DNA from: an uncultured bacterium
Lineage (GTDB): Bacteria > Krumholzibacteriota > Krumholzibacteriia > LZORAL124-64-63
DNA: 64,000 nucleotides
Direction: 5' to 3'
NCBI GenBank assembly: GCA_963727525.1
Contig: CAVSGO010000005.1
Span: 448,001 to 512,000, forward strand
Position 1 is the first letter of the stretch. Every line of letters starts with the position of its first letter. Of the stretch, positions 41,290 through 50,966 are shown one piece after another. The notes beneath the pieces were generated by a model. It was not told where the DNA came from, did not search any database, and saw nothing but the letters and a program-made list of their open reading frames with translations. The translations under genes and the position numbers were made by a program.

Positions 41290-42104
41290 CCGTCTCCCGG
41301 GGCGCAGCGCTCGAAGTCGCATACGGGCGACGCGGCGCGCTTGAAAGCCATGGCGCGCACACGGGCGGTCACCGCCTCCACCAGTGGGGCCGCGAATCCC
41401 AGGGCCGCGAGTTGCCGGCGCGCGAGCCTCTCGTCCACGAGATGGTGCAGCACCCGATCGGCCTCGGCGTAGGTGAAACCGAGTTCGTCCTCGTCGAACT
41501 GCCCGGTCCACAGATCGGCGCTCGGACGCTTCGCGAGCACGGCGGGCGGCAGGGCGAGGTGCGCGCCGAGCAGGCGCACCTCCGTCTTGTAGAGCTGACC
41601 GACCGGGTTCAGATCGCATGCGGCGTCGCCATGCCGCGTCGTGTACCCGAGAAGCCACTCGGAACGGTTGCCGGTGCCGAGCACGAGCGTCCCGTCGCGC
41701 CGGCTCGTGTCGTAAAGAGCGAGCATGCGCACCCGGGCCATGACATTGCCGGCACGGATGGCGTCGGCGTCGGGCCGCTCGCGCAGGAACGCGTCGACGA
41801 CGGGCGTGATCTCGATCAGCTCGGTGCCGATGCCCAGCGCTTCGGCGAACGTCCGGGCATCGTCCCGGGAGGCCGGCGCGCTCGTCCGGTAGGGCAACAG
41901 GAGCCCCCGGACGCGCTCACGGCCGAGTCCTGCTACCGCGAGGGCAGCCGACACGGCCGAGTCCACTCCGCCGGAAAGTCCCACGACGACCCCCCGCGCC
42001 CCGGCGGTGGCCACCGTCTGTGCCACGAAAGCGCCCGCCCTGGCGACCGCATCGGCGGGCGCAACGGCCCAGGAGGGGATGTTCGGATCGTGCAAGTCGG
42101 GCAT
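41286..42104 (-). CDS. nadE: NH3-dependent NAD+ synthetase
   Basis: GLSGGVDS, GNVMARVRM, GTGNRSE, LYKTEV, PSADLWTGQFDE. Confidence 0.93.
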   Translation of the reverse strand: MPDLHDPNIPSWAVAPADAVARAGAFVAQTVATAGARGVVVGLSGGVDSAVSAALAVAGLGRERVRGLLLPYRTSAPASRDDARTFAEALGIGTELIEITPVVDAFLRERPDADAIRAGNVMARVRMLALYDTSRRDGTLVLGTGNRSEWLLGYTTRHGDAACDLNPVGQLYKTEVRLLGAHLALPPAVLAKRPSADLWTGQFDEDELGFTYAEADRVLHHLVDERLARRQLAALGFAAPLVEAVTARVRAMAFKRAASPVCDFERCAPGDG

Positions 42105-42210
42105 GCAGGCTCGCTTCCGCGACATGGGTTCCAAGTGTGTGCCGCCAAGATACCGCCCCGGACGTGAAAAGTCTCCCGTCGTGCGGGAAAATCGTCCCGG
42201 CTTCCGCGCG

Positions 42211-43659
42211 CTAGCCGCGTCGCCAGGCTTCTGGCAGGAAGAGCACGACGACCGTGTAGATCTCCAACCGGCCTGCCAGCATGAAGAAGACGAGCAGCCA
42301 CTTCTCCCACCCCAGCAGCGCTGCGTAGTTGCTGGCCGGCCCCACGAGGCCCAATCCGGGGCCGATATTGCCGAGCGTGGCGGCCGTGGCCCCGACGGCG
42401 GTGACCAGGTCGCGGCCGCCCAGGGTGAGCGCGAGCACCCCGGCCACGTACACGAGCATGTACAGGAGGAAGAAACCGAGCACGTTGGTGGCGAGGTTCG
42501 GCGACACGGCGCGGTCGTTGAACCAGATGGTGACCACGGCTCGCGGGTGGAGGAGCTTGCGCATCTCCACCTTGGCCTGCTTCAGCAGCAGGAGCAGGCG
42601 CACGACCTTGATGCCGCCGCCGGTGGATCCGGCGCATCCGCCCACCGACATGAGGATCAGCAGCACTGCGTGCGCCACGGGCGGCCACAGCAGGTAGTCG
42701 GCAGTCCCGAAACCCGTGGTCGTCATGATCGAGACCGTCTGGAACGTGCCGTGGCGCAGCGACGTGGTCCAGGCCGGGTACGCGTGCAAGAGCACCAGCG
42801 GGGCGGTGACGAGCACGGTGGCGACGGCCGCCACGCCGATGTAGAAGCGGAACTCCTCGTCATCCCAGTACGCGCGCCACTTCCCGGTGAGGACCAGGTA
42901 GTGGAGCGTGAAGTTGGCTCCGGCCAGGAGCATGAACACGATGATGATCCACTCGATCGCCGAGCCGCCATAGGCGCCGATGCTCGCGTTGCGCGTGCTG
43001 AAGCCGCCCGTGGCCATGGTGGCAAAGGCATGGCACACGGCATCGAAGACCGGCATGCCGGCGATGACGAGGGCCACCACCTCGGCGCCTGTCAGCAGCA
43101 CGTACACGCCCCAGAGCAGCTTGGCCGTCTGCTTGATGCGCGGGCGCAACCGCTCGGCCACGGGGCCGGGCACCTCGGCCCGGAAGAGCTGCATGCCGCC
43201 GACACCCAGCAGGGGTAGGATCGCGAGGGCAAGCAGCACGATGCCCATGCCGCCGAGCCAGTGCGTGAGCGCGCGCCAGAAGAGCACGCCGTGCGTGCAC
43301 CCCTCGATGTCCGTGAGGATCGATGCGCCGGTGGTGGTGAAGCCCGACACGGACTCGAAGACCGCGTTGGTGAAGCCCGGGATCTGGCCGCTGAACCAGG
43401 CGGGCAGCGCCCCGAGGAGACCGACGGCGAGCCAGCCCAGACTCACCACGGCGAAGCCCTCGCGTGTACGCACGTCCGGCGCGCCGCGGGAAAGGCGCAG
43501 GGCGACGCCGCCGACCGTCGCACCGGCCACCGCCGCGACGACGAAGGACCACGCGTCGCTGTCCCCGTACAGGGCCGAGATCACCGCCGGCACGAGCAGA
43601 CAAGCCGCCGTCACCGCCAGCAGGAAACCGAGCACCCGGACGACCGCGCGCAGATTCAC
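42211..43659 (-). CDS. trkH: Trk potassium uptake membrane protein
   Basis: [51 protein letters not shown] start. Confidence 0.95.
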   Translation of the reverse strand: MNLRAVVRVLGFLLAVTAACLLVPAVISALYGDSDAWSFVVAAVAGATVGGVALRLSRGAPDVRTREGFAVVSLGWLAVGLLGALPAWFSGQIPGFTNAVFESVSGFTTTGASILTDIEGCTHGVLFWRALTHWLGGMGIVLLALAILPLLGVGGMQLFRAEVPGPVAERLRPRIKQTAKLLWGVYVLLTGAEVVALVIAGMPVFDAVCHAFATMATGGFSTRNASIGAYGGSAIEWIIIVFMLLAGANFTLHYLVLTGKWRAYWDDEEFRFYIGVAAVATVLVTAPLVLLHAYPAWTTSLRHGTFQTVSIMTTTGFGTADYLLWPPVAHAVLLILMSVGGCAGSTGGGIKVVRLLLLLKQAKVEMRKLLHPRAVVTIWFNDRAVSPNLATNVLGFFLLYMLVYVAGVLALTLGGRDLVTAVGATAATLGNIGPGLGLVGPASNYAALLGWEKWLLVFFMLAGRLEIYTVVVLFLPEAWRRG

Positions 43660-43666
43660 GGATCGA

Positions 43667-45019
43667 TCACGTCCTTCTCGCCCCGCCGGCGAAGAAATCC
43701 TCGACCGCATGCACTGCGTCAGGCAACGCGAAGACGATGACCTCGTCGCCGGCTCGCAGCACCGTATCGCCTCGCGGCGTCTCCACGCGGCCACGCGTCA
43801 GGACCGCGCCGATCACCGCGTGACGCGGAAACGCCAGCTTGTGCAGGGGACGCCCGGCCGCGGGATGCGCATCGCCCAGGCGTAGCTGGAGGATCTCGGC
43901 GCCGGTGTAGCCCAGCTTCTCGGCGCTGATCACGGCGCCCCGCTTCACGAAACGCGCGATCCACGCCGCCGTGGACAGGCGCGGCGATACGGCCGCATCG
44001 ATGCCCAGATCCGGCAGTAGCGGCACGTAGTCGGGGCGGTCGACGAGGCACACGGTCTTGCGTGCCCCGTGATGCCGCGCGAGCAGGCAGGCGAGGATGT
44101 TGATCTCCTCCTCACCCCCCACCGCCACGAATCCGTCCATCTCGCCCACGCCCTCGCTCTCGAGCAACGAGGCGTCGACGGCGTCGCCACGCAGTACGAG
44201 CGCGCGATGGAGCTGCCGGCTCGCGTGCTCGCACCGTGCCTCATCGTCGTCGATCAATTTCACCTTCACGCCGGCGGCGAGCAGGTCGCGCGCCAGCTCG
44301 ATGCCCATGGCCGTGGCGCCCACGATCATCACGCGGTTGAGCGCTCGACCGCGTGTCTGCACGAAGTAGAGCGACCGATCCACGAGACGGCGCTCCCCCG
44401 TGAAGTAGATGGTGTCGTCGGGCTGTAGCACGGTGTCGCCGTTCGGGATGACGGTCTCGTCGCCACGCGAGACGGCAGCCACCAGGGCGATGTTCTCACC
44501 CTGTTCGCGATCGAGGTCGCGCAGGCGGCGGCCGGCCACGTAGGAGTCGGAAGCCACGCGCGAGGCGACCACGCGCACGCGCCCACCAGCGAATTCGTAC
44601 ACCTCGCGCGCTGCGGTCTGGAAGAGGATCTCGCGGATCGAGTGCGCCGCCTCGTGGTCGGGATTGATCGCGAGGTCGATGCCATCGAGGGCCAGGCGGC
44701 TGCCGAGGAAGTAGTCGTCATTGCGCACACGGGCCACCTTCACGCGGGCGCCCAGACGATGCGCGGTGAGGCAGGCGATGAGATTGATCTCGTCGCGGTT
44801 GGTGACGGCGGCGAAGAGATCGCAGCCGGCCATGCCGATGGACTCGAGCGTGGCCGGATTGACGCCGTTGCCGTGGACGAAATGGCAATCGAGCGACTCC
44901 TGGGCCGTGCCGAGCACGTCGACATCCTTTTCGACGACGATGACGTCGTGCTCGCGCTCGCTGATCGTCCGCGCGAGGTCGGAACCCACCGCCCCGGCCC
45001 CGATGATGACGATCTTCAC
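43667..45019 (-). CDS. trkA: Trk potassium uptake NAD-binding subunit
   Basis: [12 protein letters not shown], two RCK modules, IPNGDT and TPRGDT. Confidence 0.93.
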   Translation of the reverse strand: MKIVIIGAGAVGSDLARTISEREHDVIVVEKDVDVLGTAQESLDCHFVHGNGVNPATLESIGMAGCDLFAAVTNRDEINLIACLTAHRLGARVKVARVRNDDYFLGSRLALDGIDLAINPDHEAAHSIREILFQTAAREVYEFAGGRVRVVASRVASDSYVAGRRLRDLDREQGENIALVAAVSRGDETVIPNGDTVLQPDDTIYFTGERRLVDRSLYFVQTRGRALNRVMIVGATAMGIELARDLLAAGVKVKLIDDDEARCEHASRQLHRALVLRGDAVDASLLESEGVGEMDGFVAVGGEEEINILACLLARHHGARKTVCLVDRPDYVPLLPDLGIDAAVSPRLSTAAWIARFVKRGAVISAEKLGYTGAEILQLRLGDAHPAAGRPLHKLAFPRHAVIGAVLTRGRVETPRGDTVLRAGDEVIVFALPDAVHAVEDFFAGGARRT

Positions 45020-46041
45020 GAACCGGCTCCTGGAAAATCGTTCAGGGCCGCGATCGTCGCGTCGATGTCGGCGTCGCTGACATCGAGATGGGGGATCAGC
45101 CGCACGCGTCCCGGTCCGAAGCCCACGCCGAGCACGCCCCGTTCCCGCAGATGGGCCAGCAAATCCACGGCCGTGGCCGGGGGCGCTACCCGCAGGATCA
45201 CGATGTTCGACTCCACCGGATGGGCGCGGCGCAGGAGCGGATGCTTCAACTCGCTAACCAGGCGCCGTGCCCGGGCGTGATCCTGCGCCAGCCGTGGTAG
45301 ATGGTGCGCCAGCGCGTAGCGGCATCCTTCGGCCAGGATGCCCACCTGGCGCATGCCGCCGCCCCACATCTTGCGGAACTTCCGTGCGCGCGCCACGGTC
45401 TCGCGGCGACCCACCAGGGCCGACCCTACGGGCGCGCCCAGGGCCTTGGAGAAACACACGCTCACCGTGTCGGCGGGCGCCGCGAGGTCGGCAAGCGAGA
45501 TCCCGGTGGTGACGTGGGCGTTCCATAGCCGGGCCCCGTCGAGATGCACACGCAAACCGCGCGCATTCGCCTCGCGGCCGATCTCCACGATCTGCGGCTG
45601 CGGGAAGATGCGGCCGCCCGCGCGGTTGTGCGTGTTCTCGAGGCACACGAGGGCCGGTGGCGCGGCGTGGATATCCGCGGGGTGCAGCGCCGCGGCCACC
45701 TGCGCCCAGGTGAAGGCGCCGCTTTCGCCCACGATGGTCGTGAGCTGCACGCCGCTGAGCACTGCCGGTGCGCCCACCTCGTAGTGTACGATATGAGCAT
45801 CGGCCTCGACGATCACCTGCTGCCCGGGCTCGGTCTGCGAGCGGATCGCGAGCTGGTTGCCCATGGTGCCGCTGGGGACGAAGAGAGCGGCCTCCTTGCC
45901 CAGCAGGGCCGCCACCTCGTCCTGCAGGCGATTGACGGTGGGGTCGTCGCCGAAGACGTCGTCGCCGACCTCGGCCGCAGCCATGGCCGCACGCATGCCC
46001 GGGGTGGGGCGCGTGATGGTGTCGCTGCGCAGATCGATCAT
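45016..46041 (-). CDS. ltaE: Low-specificity L-threonine aldolase
   Basis: [49 protein letters not shown]. Confidence 0.93.
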   Translation of the reverse strand: MIDLRSDTITRPTPGMRAAMAAAEVGDDVFGDDPTVNRLQDEVAALLGKEAALFVPSGTMGNQLAIRSQTEPGQQVIVEADAHIVHYEVGAPAVLSGVQLTTIVGESGAFTWAQVAAALHPADIHAAPPALVCLENTHNRAGGRIFPQPQIVEIGREANARGLRVHLDGARLWNAHVTTGISLADLAAPADTVSVCFSKALGAPVGSALVGRRETVARARKFRKMWGGGMRQVGILAEGCRYALAHHLPRLAQDHARARRLVSELKHPLLRRAHPVESNIVILRVAPPATAVDLLAHLRERGVLGVGFGPGRVRLIPHLDVSDADIDATIAALNDFPGAGS

Positions 46042-46149
46042 CGGCCAGCCTCGCTCGTTCTGGTGGTGGAACGTGGTGCGCAGCAAGAAACCGACACGAC
46101 CAGCCGCACGGGGCCGTTCGGTCGGTTTCTGGCGCCTGTCGCGGTCAGC

Positions 46150-46446
46150 CTAGACCGTGGCCTCTCCGTCGAGTACGGCGACCCGGTCCTTGAGCATCTT
46201 GGAGACCTTGAAGACGGGGACATGGCGCGACGGCACGGGCACGGCATCGCCGGTCCGCGGATTCCTGGCCATGCGCTCCTTGCGCTCCTTGACCTTGAAG
46301 GTCCCGAAACCGCGAATCTCCAGATGCTGTCCCTCGACCAGAAGATCGCCGATCTTCTGCAGGAACAGATCGACGGTCTCGCTCACTTCTTTCTTGGTCA
46401 GCCCCGTTCGCTGGGCGATGTCTTCCACGATATCGGCTTTGGTCAT
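46150..46446 (-). CDS. HU/IHF family nucleoid DNA-binding protein
   Basis: MTKADIV, IRGFGTF, ARNPRTG, PVFK; GGAG ribosome binding site. Confidence 0.95.
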   Translation of the reverse strand: MTKADIVEDIAQRTGLTKKEVSETVDLFLQKIGDLLVEGQHLEIRGFGTFKVKERKERMARNPRTGDAVPVPSRHVPVFKVSKMLKDRVAVLDGEATV

Positions 46447-46740
46447 GCGGATCTCCTCCGAACGGCAACCCGGTGCTGCGGCGAGCAGCCCCCTCGCGAC
46501 TCTGCCATGTTTAACGATAACCGCAACCGAGTCAAGGGCTTTATGCCGCCACCGCCCGGTCGCGACGCCCACGGATCGGTCGATCCGGCACATTGCACGG
46601 TTTGCAGGTCTCCGCATGGCAGGACGAAACGAGGTCCAGGATACCCAGGGCCTCCTCGCACGACCTCGATCTTCCTGATGGCTCCCGCAACTTGCTATCG
46701 AGCATCGAGTTATCCCGCCACGTACGCGCCGCGCGCGGCG

Positions 46741-46756
46741 TGGCACCCCCCTTGCA
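46741..46756 (+). promoter_or_regulatory. Sigma54 promoter
   Basis: TGGCAC-CCCCC-TTGCA is an exact -24/-12 consensus, intergenic and upstream of the lipoprotein pair. Confidence 0.8.
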
Positions 46757-46880
46757 ATCCGCGTGCAGCGAAGATGGCCGGAGGTGCCAGTACGAAGCAC
46801 CGTGCCACTGCAACCGACGGCCTCCGGCCTCTTCGTCAAGCAGAACATCGGGCAATGAATGCAATAAGGAGGACCGACCC

Positions 46881-47309
46881 ATGTCGAATCAGAAGTGGAC
46901 GCTGCTGCTGGCGGCGCTGGCCCTGGTCAGCCTGGTGGCGACCGGCTGTGGAAGTGACGACTCGAGCCCCGCCGCTCCGACGCTGGACACCGCGCCCCCC
47001 GTCCTGCCCTCGGGCGTGGACGTCGCGTACGTGTCGACGCAGCATCAGGCCGTCCTGTCCTGGGACGCGAACACGGTGGACGCCGACTTTGCCGGCTTCC
47101 TGGTCACGCGCACGGCTTACAATGGTACCGTCGAGCTCTTCGCGACGCCGCAGGCTCAGACGTCTCTGGTCGACGACATCGCCGGCCTGGGCCGCAGCCT
47201 GACCTACCACATCTATGCCGTCGACACATCCGGCAACGTGAGCGCGGCCACCAACGCCGCTCTGACCATCACGATCGATGAGCAGGCGCCGTCGCCGTCC
47301 AATCCGTGA
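46881..47309 (+). CDS. Lipoprotein with FN3-like domain
   Basis: AAGGAGG ribosome binding site; lipobox ATGC; DTAPP..P, LSW, YHIYAVDTSGNVS. Confidence 0.85.
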   Translation: MSNQKWTLLLAALALVSLVATGCGSDDSSPAAPTLDTAPPVLPSGVDVAYVSTQHQAVLSWDANTVDADFAGFLVTRTAYNGTVELFATPQAQTSLVDDIAGLGRSLTYHIYAVDTSGNVSAATNAALTITIDEQAPSPSNP

Positions 47310-47347
47310 GTCCCGCGAGGGGTTGGTTCCCTGTTGCAACGTGCTCG

Positions 47348-47373
47348 GGGGCCTTCCGGTGACGGAAGGCCCC
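47348..47373 (+). terminator. Intercistronic stem-loop
   Basis: 11-bp stem GGGGCCTTCCG/CGGAAGGCCCC with GTGA loop and no U-tract. Confidence 0.5.
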
Positions 47374-47409
47374 TCACCTCGACCACCTCACGGTTCCTGG
47401 AGTTCGACC

Positions 47410-47841
47410 ATGCCGCGCATCACGAATCCGATCTATCTTCTGGTCGCCTTCGGGCTACTGCTCTTCGACGCTGGTTGCGGGAACGACGCGACGGAGGCGC
47501 CTTTGCCATCCGCACCCGCGATCGTGGACACGGCGCCGCCGATCCCACCCACGGGTCTGCTGGCCGAGGTCGGGTTTCACGACGTCAAGCTGCGCTGGGA
47601 ACCCAACCTGGCCGATCCCGACTTCCGAGGTTTCACCCTGACGCGGACGGCCGCCGGGGCCGACGTCGCGATGCTCGCGGATCCCGTGAATACCACGGTC
47701 TTCGTCGACACGCACCCGTTCACGGGCCTTGCGACCTACACGCTCTGCGCCGTGGATGGCGAGGGCAACGTCTCGGCAGCCTGTGTGCTGGTGGTGGACA
47801 CCTCGATCGATCACGTCCCGTCCGACATCACGGTGCCCTGA
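47410..47841 (+). CDS. Lipoprotein with FN3-like domain (paralog of the upstream gene)
   Basis: DAGC lipobox-like; DTAPPIPPTGL, LRW, YTLCAVDGEGNVSA. Confidence 0.8.
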   Translation: MPRITNPIYLLVAFGLLLFDAGCGNDATEAPLPSAPAIVDTAPPIPPTGLLAEVGFHDVKLRWEPNLADPDFRGFTLTRTAAGADVAMLADPVNTTVFVDTHPFTGLATYTLCAVDGEGNVSAACVLVVDTSIDHVPSDITVP

Positions 47842-47852
47842 CACCCGCCGGT

Positions 47853-48995
47853 TCAGCGGGCCGGCGACGCACGCAGCGGGAGGCCTGACCAGGCGTCCCA
47901 CACCTCCGCGACCGTGAGCGTCTCGAGGTAGCCGTATTCCGGCCCGCGGAGATCGGGCTCGCGGTCGTGTGCGCACAGGGCGACGACCTCGGGCACGGGC
48001 GGCTTCCACAGCGCCGGCTCGGTGGGCCCGAACAGGGCCACGGTGGGCGTCCGCAACGCGCCCGCGATGTGCATCACTCCCGTGTCATTGCAGAGGAAGC
48101 GTTCGGTACGGGCAAGGACGGCCGCGCCCGTGCCCACCGACAGCGGGGGCGCGATCACCACGGGAGCGGCCCCCGGGGCGAGTGTCAGATGGGCTCGCAT
48201 CTCGGCGAGAGCACCCGCGTCGGCCGGTCCGTGCAAGACGAGTACGGGATACCCCGCCTCCGCCGCGCGTGCGGCGATGGCGGCGAATCGCGCCGCCGGC
48301 CACAGATTCTGCCTCTTACCGGCTCCGGGGTGCAGGGCCCAGAACGGGCCGGGCGGCATCAACGCCTCGAGCAGTTCCTGCGCCCTGTCCACCTCGGACG
48401 GCGCGGGCACGACCACGGTGCTCGTGTCCTGCGTGGTGATGCCCACGGCCCGCAGCGGCGCCAGGCCGTGCAGGACGGCATGCTCGTCGAGATCCGGGCT
48501 GCCCGGAAGCTGCAGGCTGTACGCACGCGCACTCACGGCAGAACCGAACGGACGACTGTCACCGCCGACGACCCAGCGCGCCCGTGACCAGAGCGCCAGG
48601 AACGCGCTGGTCACCGAGAAACTCACGCTGTTGAGCACGAAGGCCAGCTCCGCGTCCCACGCGCGCAGCTCGCCGAGGAACCGGCGCAGGGCCGCGGGTT
48701 GCCACCATAATCGCTGCTCGAAGAGGATGATCCGGTCGAGATGGGGGTTCGCGCTCACGACCTCGCGATTCACGGGAGCCGTGACCAGGGCGATCTCGCT
48801 GTGCGGCCAGGTCTCGCGCAGGGCGCGGAAGCAGGGCGTGGCGCAGACCATGTCGCCCATCTGGTTGTGCTGGCGCACCACGAGGATCCGGCGCGGACGC
48901 AGGGCGAGCATCGCACGCGGAGCGAGCGGTTCGCGGCGCCAGTGCGCCGCCAGCGCGGCGGTGGCCGTTCTCTTGAAGCGCCGGCTCGCACTCAT
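47853..48995 (-). CDS. Glycosyltransferase family 9 (heptosyltransferase-like)
   Basis: MGDMV, LHPGAG...W, NDTGVMHIAGA...LFGPT. Confidence 0.9.
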   Translation of the reverse strand: MSASRRFKRTATAALAAHWRREPLAPRAMLALRPRRILVVRQHNQMGDMVCATPCFRALRETWPHSEIALVTAPVNREVVSANPHLDRIILFEQRLWWQPAALRRFLGELRAWDAELAFVLNSVSFSVTSAFLALWSRARWVVGGDSRPFGSAVSARAYSLQLPGSPDLDEHAVLHGLAPLRAVGITTQDTSTVVVPAPSEVDRAQELLEALMPPGPFWALHPGAGKRQNLWPAARFAAIAARAAEAGYPVLVLHGPADAGALAEMRAHLTLAPGAAPVVIAPPLSVGTGAAVLARTERFLCNDTGVMHIAGALRTPTVALFGPTEPALWKPPVPEVVALCAHDREPDLRGPEYGYLETLTVAEVWDAWSGLPLRASPAR

Positions 48996-49945
48996 TCGCG
49001 GTCCTCCAGGTCGCGCAGCAGATCCAGATAGGCGCGATGGCGCCACGGCGGCAATGTACCATGGCTCACGGCGCGCTTCACGGCGCACTCCGGCTCGTCG
49101 CGATGCAGGCAGGTGCGGAAGCGACAGTCATCGGCGAGGGTCGCGAGATCGGGGAAGTGATCGCGCAGCTCCACCGGCGCGATGTCCCAGGGGTCGAAAC
49201 CGCGCAGGCCGGGCGAGTCGGCGATGAATCCGCCGCCGGTGAGCGGAAACAGCTCGGTGTGCGTCGTGGTGTGGCGACCGAGACCGGTCTTGCCCGTGAC
49301 CTCGGCCGTGCGCAGGCTCAGCCCGGGTTCGATCGCGTTGAGCAGGGTGCTCTTGCCCACGCCCGAGGCGCCGAGAAAGACGGAGATTCCCTCGTGCAGA
49401 AGCGCCTGCAGCTCGGCGAGACCGGCGCCGGTCTCCGCCGACGTGCGCAACACGCGAACGCCGAGACCGGCGTAGTAGTCCCAGCGCGGATCGGACGCGA
49501 GCGCGAGATCGAGATCGCATTTGTTCAGGCAAAGCACGGCCGCCACGCCGAAGCTAGAGGCACCCACGAGGAGTCGATCCACGAACCCTGTCTGCGGGGC
49601 CGGTTCGGCCACCGATTGCACGGCGACCACCCGGTCGAGGTTGACGATCAGCACCTGCTCGATGTGGCCGCCGGTGCGCCGCGCGGCCTGGCGCGAGATC
49701 CGGTTGTGACGCGGCAGCACGGCCTCCACCACGCCCGCGGGCACGGCTGATTCCGCCTCGCTAGGCAGCGTGCGCAGATGCACGCGATCGCCCACCACGA
49801 CGACGTTCTGCTCGCGCTTCTCACCCCGCTTGAGCTTGCCCCGGAGCTGGCAGCGCCACACGTCGCCTGCTGCCGCCACGAGGCATGACCCGGCGCCGGC
49901 GCGCACCACGACCCCCTCGAGCAATGGCGGATCATCGTGTTTCAG
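48992..49945 (-). CDS. rsgA: Ribosome small subunit-dependent GTPase A
   Basis: VVGDRV, NKCD, GASGVGKST, GRHTTT, DSPG, CRFRTCLHRDEPEC. Start uncertain. Confidence 0.92.
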   Translation of the reverse strand: MKHDDPPLLEGVVVRAGAGSCLVAAAGDVWRCQLRGKLKRGEKREQNVVVVGDRVHLRTLPSEAESAVPAGVVEAVLPRHNRISRQAARRTGGHIEQVLIVNLDRVVAVQSVAEPAPQTGFVDRLLVGASSFGVAAVLCLNKCDLDLALASDPRWDYYAGLGVRVLRTSAETGAGLAELQALLHEGISVFLGASGVGKSTLLNAIEPGLSLRTAEVTGKTGLGRHTTTHTELFPLTGGGFIADSPGLRGFDPWDIAPVELRDHFPDLATLADDCRFRTCLHRDEPECAVKRAVSHGTLPPWRHRAYLDLLRDLEDRE

Positions 49946-50075
49946 TGTTTCGCCCAGAATGAGGTCCTTTCCATGCGGGTAAAACGACTTGTGCCTGGCA
50001 GCGCGTTTGGTTAGGTTAGCCGTGGCAGAATGTGATAACACGGAAGATCTGGAAACTCAAGGTGGTGCGTTCACC

Positions 50076-50540
50076 ATGGACATGGCTGAAGTCCTTCAGC
50101 ACACCTCTCCCGCACTATTCATCCCCGATCTCAAAGCCAAGGACAAGGCTGCGGCACTCGAAGAACTCGTCGACGGACTCGTCGTCGGCAGTCCCGAGAT
50201 CACGAAGAAGGAAGCCGTCCTGCAGATGCTGCAGAGCCGCGAGGACCTCGGCTCCACCGCGGTCGGCCCCGGCGTGGCCTTCCCCCACGGCCGCACCCTC
50301 GCCGTCCAGAAGCTGACGGTCCTCATGGCACGCTCGCTCGCGGGCATCGCCTTCGACTCCATCGACGGCGAACCGACGCACCTGTTCTTTGTGCTCATCG
50401 CGCCGCCGCAAGACTCCGGTCACAAGTACATCAAGTCGCTGGCCGTGCTCACCGATCGCCTGCAGAGCGACGACGTGCGCGAACGTTTGCTGGCCGCCGA
50501 GGACTTCGAGGGCTTCTGCGCCGCGTTGCAGGAGGTGTAG
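50076..50540 (+). CDS. PTS EIIA (Ntr/fructose-type) protein
   Basis: REDLGSTAVGPGVAFPHGR, FDSIDGEPTHLFF. Confidence 0.9.
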   Translation: MDMAEVLQHTSPALFIPDLKAKDKAAALEELVDGLVVGSPEITKKEAVLQMLQSREDLGSTAVGPGVAFPHGRTLAVQKLTVLMARSLAGIAFDSIDGEPTHLFFVLIAPPQDSGHKYIKSLAVLTDRLQSDDVRERLLAAEDFEGFCAALQEV

Positions 50541-50542
50541 CC

Positions 50543-50887
50543 ATGCATCCGCAGTTGCAGAAACTCGTGGCGCTCCAGGATATCGAGCAGATGATCCATG
50601 AAGCCGAGGACAAGGCCAAGGCCGAGGAACTCGAAGATATGGGCTTTCAGCTCAGCGGGCTGGAGAACCTGAAGAAGCGCAAGGAAGAACTGGAAGCCGG
50701 CATCGATACGCGGCACCTGAGCTATTACCGACGCCTCACCAAGCGCTTCGGCCACGCCGTCGTGCCGGTGGTGGGCAACCTGTGCATGGGCTGCTTCGCC
50801 AACATCCCGGCAAGCTTCGTCAGCGTGACCAACGAGAACAAGTTGCAGAAATGCGAGAACTGCGGCCGGATCCTGTACTGGCCGTAG
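50543..50887 (+). CDS. C4-type zinc-ribbon domain protein (short coiled coil)
   Basis: LQKLVALQDIE; YYRRL; CMGC...CENCGRILY. Confidence 0.88.
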   Translation: MHPQLQKLVALQDIEQMIHEAEDKAKAEELEDMGFQLSGLENLKKRKEELEAGIDTRHLSYYRRLTKRFGHAVVPVVGNLCMGCFANIPASFVSVTNENKLQKCENCGRILYWP

Positions 50888-50902
50888 CCCCCGCGCCATT
50901 GC

Positions 50903-50931
50903 CAAGGAGCAGGCTCGTCGCCTGCTCCTTG
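50903..50931. terminator. Stem-loop between convergent genes
   Basis: Perfect 12-bp stem CAAGGAGCAGGC/GCCTGCTCCTTG. Confidence 0.7.
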
Positions 50932-50966
50932 CGTTTCGGACGTCCGTGGCACGAGCCGCGGATTCG

